From contig NZ_CAXTBM010000028.1 in NCBI RefSeq assembly GCF_964242765.1, forward strand, positions 5,999-69,998: a DNA stretch of 64,000 nucleotides, given 5' to 3'. Of this stretch, positions 10,612-18,535 are shown piece by piece. Position numbers and translations under genes: made by a program. Positions within the stretch are counted from its first letter, which is position 1. The number at the start of each line of letters is the position of its first letter. Source of the stretch: an uncultured Hymenobacter sp. (GTDB lineage: Bacteria > Bacteroidota > Bacteroidia > Cytophagales > Hymenobacteraceae). The notes under the pieces are model-generated. The model was given only the letters and a program-made list of their open reading frames with translations, was not told the DNA's origin and ran no database searches.

Positions 10612-11061
10612 ATGCTACTTTATCGACTAGGTAAACAGCCCTACCTTCAGGATGTATCGGGGCAGGGTGGGCTTTACTATGCGGGGCGTTGGCACGAAAA
10701 GGGCACCCGGATTCTTTATACCTCCGAGCACCTTTCGCTAGCTAAACTCGAGGTACTGGTAAATGCGGCCACCCTACCGCGCTCCTATTTTGCCCTCACG
10801 CTGGAAGTGCCCGACCATACGGCTACCAAAGTGCTGGAAGCTGCCGCTTTGCCTTCGAACTGGATGGATATTCCTTACCCCCAAGAACTGGCGCTGCTTA
10901 CCCGGGAATGGCTGGCAGAAGGGAAGTACTGGCTGATGAGAGTGCCCTCCGCCCAGGCCCCGAACGAATGGAACTACCTGCTCAACCCCCTCCACCCCGA
11001 CCACGGCAAACTGCGCATCGTGTCGCTGGAGCCCCACCCATTCGACCCAAGGCTTAAGTGA
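10612..11061 (+). CDS. RES-domain toxin (MbcT/ParT-type NAD+-utilising toxin family)
   Basis: MLLYRLGKQPY...GGLYYAGRWHEKGTRILYTSEHLSLAKLEVLV matches the RES-domain consensus (GRW..G....Y.S......A.LE.LV). Confidence 0.9.
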   Translation: MLLYRLGKQPYLQDVSGQGGLYYAGRWHEKGTRILYTSEHLSLAKLEVLVNAATLPRSYFALTLEVPDHTATKVLEAAALPSNWMDIPYPQELALLTREWLAEGKYWLMRVPSAQAPNEWNYLLNPLHPDHGKLRIVSLEPHPFDPRLK

Positions 11062-11096
11062 CGAGCCTTACCAAGTGAATCATCGACTTACGCTTC

Positions 11097-11909
11097 CTAC
11101 TTCTGTTCATTCAGCGCCCAGTCGTATTCCAGGTAGCCGAGTTGAGCATCTGGCTTGATTTTCTGGGTGGCGTAGCGGTTGACAAGTTCCTGTACGGAAG
11201 CGCTGCCATTTTTCTTGAAATCGCCGGGATAGAAGTTGAAGATGGCCGACACCTTCGGCTGGTCGGGCGGCGTGAGCTGGTTTTTCTGGGGGTTGTTGAC
11301 GAAGCCGTTGGCTTGATCCTCTAGCTGGGCGTTGAGCCGGCTACCCACGTAGGCCTCATTGCGCAGCCGCGGACACGACATGGCGGCGCACACCAGGGCA
11401 AAGTGAATGCGGTTGTCATCGAATTTCTTGCGAATGATGCGCTGCTCGATGTCGTTGAGGGTCAACTTGTCGCCGTCGAGGTTGATGAATTTCTGGTCCC
11501 AGACCGTATTCACCAGGGTTTTGTCGCCGCCCAGGTCCTTGATGCTCTTCACCGGATACGCCCGAATCACGCGCTGAATAGTGAAGGCATTGTAGGCATT
11601 CAGCCAGTACGCCAGCCGCTCGTCCGGCGTCCATTTATCGGCGGGCAGATGCTCGGACAACGTTTTCAGGTAGGCGTTGAGGGTGGTACTGTCCTGCCGA
11701 AACCCCTGGTAGTTAACCATTCCCTGCGCATCGACGTGCTTTTTCAGGAGGCCGTCCCAGGTGCTATGATCGGCGGGCGAAGCATTCTTGGAACTTGGGT
11801 TGAGGGGCGTAAAGTAGCGCACGTAGGCGCAGCCGCTTTGGCAGGCCGAGGTAGCAGCCAATAAGGATAGCAGAGCTAGGCGAGAAGTCAAACGGGAGAA
11901 TTGCTTCAT
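11097..11909 (-). CDS. DUF547 domain-containing protein (secreted/lipoprotein)
   Basis: Signal peptide ending ATSAC; ...ERLAYWLNAYNAFTIQRVI..YPVKSIKDLGG...LTLNDIEQRIIRK...IHFALVCAAMSCPRL is the DUF547 pattern. Confidence 0.85.
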   Translation of the reverse strand: MKQFSRLTSRLALLSLLAATSACQSGCAYVRYFTPLNPSSKNASPADHSTWDGLLKKHVDAQGMVNYQGFRQDSTTLNAYLKTLSEHLPADKWTPDERLAYWLNAYNAFTIQRVIRAYPVKSIKDLGGDKTLVNTVWDQKFINLDGDKLTLNDIEQRIIRKKFDDNRIHFALVCAAMSCPRLRNEAYVGSRLNAQLEDQANGFVNNPQKNQLTPPDQPKVSAIFNFYPGDFKKNGSASVQELVNRYATQKIKPDAQLGYLEYDWALNEQK

Positions 11910-12093
11910 AGAAGAAAAAACAGGGTGGGTTACCGGCGCAAAGGTATTACGAAAGAAACAGCCTAAACAGTTTGTTGCGGCCCTGTTTAGATAGTAGACA
12001 ACGCGCTGGACTCCTACTACCTGAATCCGTATAGCAGTCGAGGTCGTACTTTCGCAACCTTTACCGAACGCAGCAACCGATTCCTACTCCCCT

Positions 12094-14988
12094 ATGAATT
12101 CAATTCGTACTTCAATCAACCGAATACTACCTGCCGTGGCCGTAGTTTGTGCGGCCACTTTGCCGGGCGCGGCGCAAAGTTCGGGCACCGTCAATGGCCA
12201 GATAAAGGACGGCTTGGGCCGGCCGCTCGCCGGGGCCACGGTGGTCCTACAGCCTTCCGGCCAGGGCACAACCACCAACTCCGAAGGTCAATTCAATCTG
12301 AACGGTGTTCCCCCCGGCGCCTACACGGCCACCGTGTCTTTCCTGGGCTACCGCACCGCCACCCAGCCCCTCACCGTGGAGGCCACCCAGAACGCCACCT
12401 TGCAAGTAAGTCTGGCCGAAGATGCGCTCCTGATGAACGACGTGGTAGTAACGGGCACGTTCAACCCCCAGAGTAAATTGGAAAGCTCCACGGCCGTAAC
12501 CACGCTCAACAGCCGGCAGATCCAGAACCGCGTGTCGCGCGGCACCGCGGATTTGCTGATGGCCGTGCCCGGCTTCCGGGTGAACTCCGACGGCGGCGAG
12601 GCGGCCAACTCGGTATCGGCACGCGGGCTGCCCGTGAATGCCGAATCGGGCTTTGGCTTTATCCAGCTGCTCGAAGACGGCCTGCCCATTCTTGAAACTG
12701 GTTCGCTCACTTTCGCCAAAACCGATATTCACTTCCGGGTCGATGAAACGGTTAACCGGCTGGAAGTGCTGCGGGGCGGTTCGGCAGCCATTTACGCCAA
12801 CAACGCCCCGGGCGGGGTGGTCAACTTTCTAAGCAAAACCGGCCAAGGCGACAAAATTGGCGGGTTGGTTCGGCTCACGGCCGGCGACCAGGGCTACTAC
12901 TCCGACCGCGAAGGCGCGGCCCAGGCGGGCGGCCTGCAACGAGTGGATATCAACGTGGGCGGCCCCATCAAAGGAACGCCCATCCGCTTCAACGTGGGCG
13001 GCTTCTACCGCTACGACGTAGGCACCAAGTACCCCGGCTTCCCGCTCAACCGCGGCGGCAACGTGAAAGCCAACGTCACCTACACGCTCCGAAATGGCTA
13101 CGTCCGGGTTTACGGCAAGTACCTCAACGACCGGGTAGCGTACCTGACCAGCATTCCGTACCAGAACCTCAACAAGCCGCAGCAGATTCCGGGCGGCCCC
13201 GACTTCCGGCGCGGCACGGTGATGTCGCAGTACCTGCGCCGACACAGCATTCCTAACCCGTTCAACAACGGCCAGGGCACGCTGGAGCGGGATTTGGCCG
13301 ATGGCCAGCACTCGCGCTACAAGGCGGTTAGTTCAGAGGTGTTTTTCGACCTCGGCAATGGCTTCACGCTAACCGACAATGCCCGCCTGCTGGACGCCAA
13401 CCTCACGTCCGACGGCGTGTATGATTTGACGGCGCCCCTACCAGGCGCCGCCCTGGCGGGCAGCTACCTGGCCGGCTACCGCCCCTTGGGCGCCGCCTCG
13501 GCCCGCTTCACGTACGCCGACAACGGCCAGCCCCTTGAAATTGCGACCCTCAACGGCAATGGGCTGGTGAACATTGCGGGTATTTTCCCCGACGATAAGC
13601 CGGCCACCAATGCCATCAACAAGCTACAGATCAACAAAACGGCTGGCCGCCACCAGCTTTCGGCCGGTTTCTACGCCAGCCGCTACACCATAAAGGAGCG
13701 TCTGAGCTACAACCAGGTGATACAGGAAGTAAGCAACCGGCCGCGGCTACTCAACCTGGAGCTGCTCAATGCCGCTGGCCAACCCGCTTTTCAGGTGACG
13801 CAGAACGGCTTTTTGGCCTATAGCTTCGGCACGGCGGGCGGTCTGCTGGCCAACACCACCAATACCACTCAGGTGCTGAGCTACTTCGTTGGCGACGAGT
13901 ACCGCGTAACCGATAAGCTGCGCGTAGACGCGGGCGTGCGCCTCGAAACCACCCATACCGAGGGCGCGGCGGCCCGATCAGCGAAGCTGGTAAACGCCGA
14001 TGCGCGCTTCACGCCTTTCGTAGGGGCTCCGTCCGCGGCCAACGGCTTCGGCGGCTCCAATGGCGGCCTTGATGGCATTTATACCACGCTCTACGACAAC
14101 TCGTACCTGGCTTCGAGCGGCGGCAACCGCGAGTGGGACTTCAATTTCCAGACCTTCAACTACTCGGTAGGCGCCAACTATAAGCTCGACGATAATTCGG
14201 CGCTTTACGCTCGGTTCAGCAACGCCGGCGTGGTGCCAACCAACGACCAGTTTGCTTTCAATGCCGACGCCGAGGGCAATACGGTGCGGGGTGAAATTCA
14301 GCGCGTGGTACAGGCCGAAGCCGGGGCCAAAGCCTCCACCGATAAGCTAGGGTTGGGCTTGACCTTGTTCTACAGCCGCAACAAGAACATTCCGTTCACG
14401 GTGCAGCAAACCAACGCGGGCGGGGGCTTCACGCTCCGCCAGGACCGGGGCACGGTACAGAGCGCCGGTATCGAATCGGAAATCAGCTTCCAGCCCGTGC
14501 AGGGCTTGACGTTGCGAGGCATTGGTACGCTTCAGGCCGCCCGCATCGTGGAATTTCAGTTGCAGCCGACGGCGGCCGCCGCGCCAATTTCCATTGCCGG
14601 CAACCGCCTCGAAGACACGCCCGACGTACTGCTGGAAGGCGGCGCCGACTACCTCTGGAAGGGCTTGAACTTGTTTGCCAACTACCGCTGGTTTGGCGAC
14701 CGGTACGCCAACCGCCGCAACACGATTCTGCTGCCCAGCTATGGCGTATTGTTCGGGGGCATTGCCTACGAGCTACAGGGCGTGCGTTTGTCGGTGCAAG
14801 GGTCCAATTTGCTCAACAAAGTTGGCTTTGGCGATGCTGCTGCCCGCAACGGCGAAACCATCACCCAGGATTTCATCGACAACCAAACCCGCAACGCGGC
14901 CAACTTAACTCCTTCGGAAGCGGCTTACAACTTGATTCGCCCCATTCTGCCCCGCAACATCACCGCGAGCGTGCAGTACACTTTTTAA
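12094..14988 (+). CDS. TonB-dependent outer-membrane receptor with an N-terminal carboxypeptidase-regulatory-like domain
   Basis: 964 aa with a signal peptide. GTVNGQIKD..GRPLAGATVVL...TNSEGQFNLNGVPPGAYTATVSFLGY is the CarbopepD_reg domain, followed by a plug and beta-barrel. The C-terminal residue is aromatic (...VQYTF). Confidence 0.9.
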   Translation: MNSIRTSINRILPAVAVVCAATLPGAAQSSGTVNGQIKDGLGRPLAGATVVLQPSGQGTTTNSEGQFNLNGVPPGAYTATVSFLGYRTATQPLTVEATQNATLQVSLAEDALLMNDVVVTGTFNPQSKLESSTAVTTLNSRQIQNRVSRGTADLLMAVPGFRVNSDGGEAANSVSARGLPVNAESGFGFIQLLEDGLPILETGSLTFAKTDIHFRVDETVNRLEVLRGGSAAIYANNAPGGVVNFLSKTGQGDKIGGLVRLTAGDQGYYSDREGAAQAGGLQRVDINVGGPIKGTPIRFNVGGFYRYDVGTKYPGFPLNRGGNVKANVTYTLRNGYVRVYGKYLNDRVAYLTSIPYQNLNKPQQIPGGPDFRRGTVMSQYLRRHSIPNPFNNGQGTLERDLADGQHSRYKAVSSEVFFDLGNGFTLTDNARLLDANLTSDGVYDLTAPLPGAALAGSYLAGYRPLGAASARFTYADNGQPLEIATLNGNGLVNIAGIFPDDKPATNAINKLQINKTAGRHQLSAGFYASRYTIKERLSYNQVIQEVSNRPRLLNLELLNAAGQPAFQVTQNGFLAYSFGTAGGLLANTTNTTQVLSYFVGDEYRVTDKLRVDAGVRLETTHTEGAAARSAKLVNADARFTPFVGAPSAANGFGGSNGGLDGIYTTLYDNSYLASSGGNREWDFNFQTFNYSVGANYKLDDNSALYARFSNAGVVPTNDQFAFNADAEGNTVRGEIQRVVQAEAGAKASTDKLGLGLTLFYSRNKNIPFTVQQTNAGGGFTLRQDRGTVQSAGIESEISFQPVQGLTLRGIGTLQAARIVEFQLQPTAAAAPISIAGNRLEDTPDVLLEGGADYLWKGLNLFANYRWFGDRYANRRNTILLPSYGVLFGGIAYELQGVRLSVQGSNLLNKVGFGDAAARNGETITQDFIDNQTRNAANLTPSEAAYNLIRPILPRNITASVQYTF

Positions 14989-15137
14989 ATGGTTGATTGT
15001 TAGTTGCTGAATGGTTGATTGTTGTTGGTTGAATCGTCACACTGCTTTATTCAACAGAAGCACTACAACCAAACTGCCTCGTTCTGTTGAACGAGGCAGT
15101 TTGGTTTAACTAACCAGCCATTTAACAATCAGCCATT
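14988..15137. repeat. Inverted arrays of a 14-nt word flanking the terminator hairpin
   Basis: aatggttgattgtt occurs exactly at 14988-15001 and 15010-15023. The inverted copy aacaatcagccatt is at 15124-15137 (1 mismatch), with a partial inverted copy at 15112-15123. Confidence 0.85.
15067..15106. terminator. Bidirectional terminator hairpin between convergent genes
   Basis: AACCAAACTGCCTCGTT (15067-15083) pairs perfectly (17 bp) with AACGAGGCAGTTTGGTT (15090-15106) across a 6-nt loop. Confidence 0.75.
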
Positions 15138-15143
15138 CAACCC

Positions 15144-16307
15144 TCAAATAATTTCAGCTCGTTTAAACTCCTTGGTGCGGTCGAAGAGGTAGCGGAAAGT
15201 GGCGTGGGTGCGCCAGATTTCACCGCCGATTTTCTCGGCCACCGACATCATTTTGGGGTTGAAATCCCCAATCCAGTTCATCACAAAATCGTCGTAGTGC
15301 ACCTTGCTAGTATCCTGCACCACCTTACTGGCGGCCAAGATAAAGGTCATCTCCAAGCCCTTGCCCTGCTGCTCGGGCACGATGCCAAAAGCAATACCAG
15401 TCATGGTGTGCACCGCGCCGCGCCAGCGGTGCCACGCAAAATGGAGCTTGCCAAGCCAATCGAGTTTGCCGTTTACGTAGCGAAACAGTTCGTTGAGTTC
15501 GGGCAGGGCAATAAAGAAGCCCACCGGTTCGCCCCGGAAATACGCAAACCAACAGATGCGCTCATCCAGCACCGGCCGCAGCTTGTGCATAATGTGGAGC
15601 GACTGATCGGTTGTCATTTCCTTGACGCCGGTGTGCCTCACCCACGCCTTGTTGTAGATCTGGCGGAAATCTTCGGCATACTTGGGCAACGCGCGTAGCC
15701 GCAGATGCTCGAACTTGTAGTCGGGGTCGTTGAGCATGCGGGCCGCCGTCAACTGATACTGGGGCGAGAGAGGGGCCTGCACCTTACGGAAATACGTGTA
15801 CTGCTGGAAGTAGAGCTGAAAGCCGTACGTTTCGAGCAGGCGCCGGTAATAGGGCGGATTGTAGTTCTGCGTGTAAAGCGGCGGCCCAAAATTATCAACC
15901 AGCAAGCCCCACCACTGGTCCCGGTCGCCGAAATTGATGGGGCCATCCATAGCTTCCATCCCCCGCTGCGCCAGCCAGGTATGGCCGGCGTCGAAGAGCA
16001 GATCAGCGGCCTGTTGCTGGTCGATACAGTCAAAGAAACCGATGCCCCCGGTGGGCTGCTCGAAGGTAGTGGCGGTTCGCTCGTTGATAAAGGCGGCCAA
16101 CCGCCCAATCGTTTGCCCCTGCTCGTTCTGCAACAGCCACCGCACCAGTTCTCCGTGGCGGAAATACTTGTTGCGCTGGCGGTCAAACACTTGGTTGATG
16201 TCTTTATCGAGCGGGCGGATATAATTGGGGTCGGTGCGATAAAGGCGAACTGGAAATTCAAGAAACTCGCGGGCGTGTTCGGGGGTGGTAATTTCCAGCA
16301 GATGCAT
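15144..16307 (-). CDS. Conserved hypothetical protein, possibly a GNAT-like acyltransferase fold
   Basis: I chose the internal start MHLLEITTPEHAREFLEFPVRLYRTDPNYIRPLDKDI... (ATG 16305-16307). The upstream 51 codons look non-protein-like. The family assignment is from memory only. Confidence 0.65.
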   Translation of the reverse strand: MHLLEITTPEHAREFLEFPVRLYRTDPNYIRPLDKDINQVFDRQRNKYFRHGELVRWLLQNEQGQTIGRLAAFINERTATTFEQPTGGIGFFDCIDQQQAADLLFDAGHTWLAQRGMEAMDGPINFGDRDQWWGLLVDNFGPPLYTQNYNPPYYRRLLETYGFQLYFQQYTYFRKVQAPLSPQYQLTAARMLNDPDYKFEHLRLRALPKYAEDFRQIYNKAWVRHTGVKEMTTDQSLHIMHKLRPVLDERICWFAYFRGEPVGFFIALPELNELFRYVNGKLDWLGKLHFAWHRWRGAVHTMTGIAFGIVPEQQGKGLEMTFILAASKVVQDTSKVHYDDFVMNWIGDFNPKMMSVAEKIGGEIWRTHATFRYLFDRTKEFKRAEII

Positions 16308-16657
16308 GCAGTAGTAGAAACAAAAAAGATGAATTACCTGGCGCGTAGCTGCTGTAAAGAGCCGCTCAAAAACTGACGCTACTCTTACCCACAGTGCCTG
16401 GTTTGAAAACATACCTACGAACAGTACTAGCCCCTGGTACAGCTGCCCGTCGGTTTTCACCCAAGGTAAAATTAAACTGTATGGCCCGTTGAAATAACCG
16501 CTAGTGGCGCAACATATCTCTTGATTTCAGCTTGTAAATACGCTATATTTTCTTGCTGGGGATTAGTGCGGTTTTTTGCTCGAAGCCTGTTGAAACCGTT
16601 GTTTTCGATGAGTTAATTCTACTATCTCAACCTTCCGGCCTCTTCTGGGTCCACGTT

Positions 16658-18130
16658 ATGGAACGGTTAAAAAATACAGTCCAGTCTGTCCGGCTTTGGC
16701 TGGCTTTGGCGTGCGGCGTGTTTCCTGCACTTGTGTCGCTAGCCAACGACGGTAACCGTGCTAGCTCGCCCCCTAAGCCGGCGGCAGTCGCCATGCTCTC
16801 GCTGCGCGTGGTGCTCGACACGGCGGCACTGGGTTCCACCGCTACGTATGCGCAGTTAGGTTTGCAGGCCGGCCCGGCCGTACAGCAATTCTACGCGCAG
16901 CGCAACTTTGCGCCCGCCTGGACTCGGCCGGACTCGGGCGGTTGGAACGGCAATGCGCAGCAGGCCCTTGCGTTGTTGCGCTCGGCGCCCGAGTTTGGCC
17001 TCGACCCGGCTACCTACGCCTGGCCAACTCTGCTTGCCCTCCCCGACTCTTTGCGCCGCTCAACGCAAGCGGCGAGTAACCTAGCCGGCTTCGAGCTGCG
17101 CCTCACCGACGCATTGCTGCGCTACGCCCTGCATCTGCGCTATGGGCGCCTGCACCCTACCACGCTGCTCCCAATCCCCTTAGATAAGGTCCAGACGCAA
17201 GAAGCGGTTGATCGGCTTAAACTCGCCCTAACTGATACCCTGCTCGGCCCTGGTTTTTTGCGCTGCCAGCCAGCTAGCCGAGCGTATCAACAGCTCCAGC
17301 AAGCCTGGAGCAAAACGCTCCGCGCAGTTCCCGATTCTTTACGCCCTTCCACTGGCAATGCCGCCGACTTCCGCCGGGTAGCCCTCAACCTGGAACGGCT
17401 GCGCTGGGACGCCAGCCTCCCCGATTCCGGCGATTACGCGTTAATCAATATCCCGGCCTATCAGCTTCAGCTAATCCGGGCGGGCCGGGTGGTGCAAACG
17501 CACCGGGTGGTGGTCGGGAAAGCCGCCACCCCTACTCCTACCCTCGACAGCCGAATTGCCGTTTTCGTTACGGCCCCCGAATGGCGTATTCCCTACAGTA
17601 TTGCCGTCACTGAAATATTGCCCGAACTTCAGAACGATCCAGGTTTCCTGGCTGCCCACAACTATCGCCTGCTTGATTATCGCAACCGCGTGGTAAATCC
17701 CTGGCGGGTGAACTGGCAGCGTGTCACTCCCCAAACATTTCCTTATACCATTCGCCAAGCCGCGGGCCGCCGCAATGCGCTCGGCAATATAGTTTTCTAC
17801 TTTGCCAACCAACACGGCATCTACGTTCATGATACGCCTTCCCGGTCTTTGTTCCGAGAACCCCGCCGGGACCGTAGCCACGGCTGCATCCGCGTAGAAA
17901 AGCCACTGGACCTAGCGGCCTTTCTACTCAAGCGAGAAGGCCAGTTGGCCGCCTTGCCCGACATGCGCCGCAGCATTGCCACCCGCCAGAAGTGCCGCTA
18001 CGATTTAGCGCAGGGCCTGCCAATCCGAATTCGATACTACACCTGCGAGGCGGAAAACAACCGGCTGCGCTATTATTCCGACATCTATTGCCAGGACGAA
18101 ACCCTTGCTGCTGCCTTGTTCAAGCCCTGA
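16658..18130 (+). CDS. L,D-transpeptidase family protein (YcbB/YkuD-like)
   Basis: Start MERLKNTVQSVRLWLALACGVFPALVSLA (signal peptide). The C-terminal catalytic region is ...IYVHDTPSRSLF....RDRSHGCIRVEKP (the HGC motif). Confidence 0.85.
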   Translation: MERLKNTVQSVRLWLALACGVFPALVSLANDGNRASSPPKPAAVAMLSLRVVLDTAALGSTATYAQLGLQAGPAVQQFYAQRNFAPAWTRPDSGGWNGNAQQALALLRSAPEFGLDPATYAWPTLLALPDSLRRSTQAASNLAGFELRLTDALLRYALHLRYGRLHPTTLLPIPLDKVQTQEAVDRLKLALTDTLLGPGFLRCQPASRAYQQLQQAWSKTLRAVPDSLRPSTGNAADFRRVALNLERLRWDASLPDSGDYALINIPAYQLQLIRAGRVVQTHRVVVGKAATPTPTLDSRIAVFVTAPEWRIPYSIAVTEILPELQNDPGFLAAHNYRLLDYRNRVVNPWRVNWQRVTPQTFPYTIRQAAGRRNALGNIVFYFANQHGIYVHDTPSRSLFREPRRDRSHGCIRVEKPLDLAAFLLKREGQLAALPDMRRSIATRQKCRYDLAQGLPIRIRYYTCEAENNRLRYYSDIYCQDETLAAALFKP

Positions 18131-18219
18131 GGCCTAGGCACTTGCCTTTTTGTTGCTATAAAAGTTCAAGAATTGATTTGAAAAACTCGTCGGCCGGCTT
18201 AGTTTTGCACCACCAACAC

Positions 18220-18292
<73 letters not shown>

Positions 18293-18302
18293 CTTAGTCT
18301 CA

Positions 18303-18340
18303 AAAACGCCCTGTAAATCAGTGATTTACAGGGCGTTTTT
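18303..18340 (+). terminator. Rho-independent terminator after tRNA-Thr
   Basis: AAAACGCCCTGTAAATC-agt-GATTTACAGGGCGTTTT is a perfect 17-bp stem followed by a T-run. Confidence 0.8.
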
Positions 18341-18465
18341 CGTTGGCATGCTCGCCACTGCGTCTGTTTTCAAGAAGGGCCTGCGACCCGGCGCTTACGT
18401 TAAACAGGGCTTTCGCCCGTTGGATTTACAAGCGAGTATCGCTGGAGCCAACAAGCCGTGTAGGC

Positions 18466-18500
18466 AAAAAGCCCGGACTACCGTGCGGTAGGCCGGGCTT
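18466..18500 (-). terminator. Terminator of the S9 peptidase gene
   Basis: AGCCCGG.CTACCgtgcGGTAGGCCGGGCT hairpin. On the minus strand it is followed by TTTTT and lies about 35 nt downstream of the stop at 18536. Confidence 0.65.
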
Positions 18501-18535
18501 CTCTTTATTGCTGTTCAAAAAACCTCTCTCAAGCC

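Noticed and set aside
11910-12093. Possible cobalamin or other riboswitch upstream of the TonB-dependent receptor
   Set aside because: I looked for the B12-box (GCCACTG-like) and conserved AGGGAA/GGTG elements on the plus strand and found none. Only a short 8-bp inverted repeat (ctaaacag...ctgtttag) is present. An Infernal scan would be decisive.
16308-16460. N-terminal extensions in the ORF track (here 51 codons). The same issue occurs at 3597-3644, 10026-10124, 21002-21094, 32603-32842, 34024-34149, 41510-41662, 47752-47787 and 48556-48681.
   Set aside because: In each case an internal Met begins a signal peptide or a conserved family N-terminus, and the upstream extension is not protein-like. 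I trimmed the starts accordingly. These starts remain predictions.
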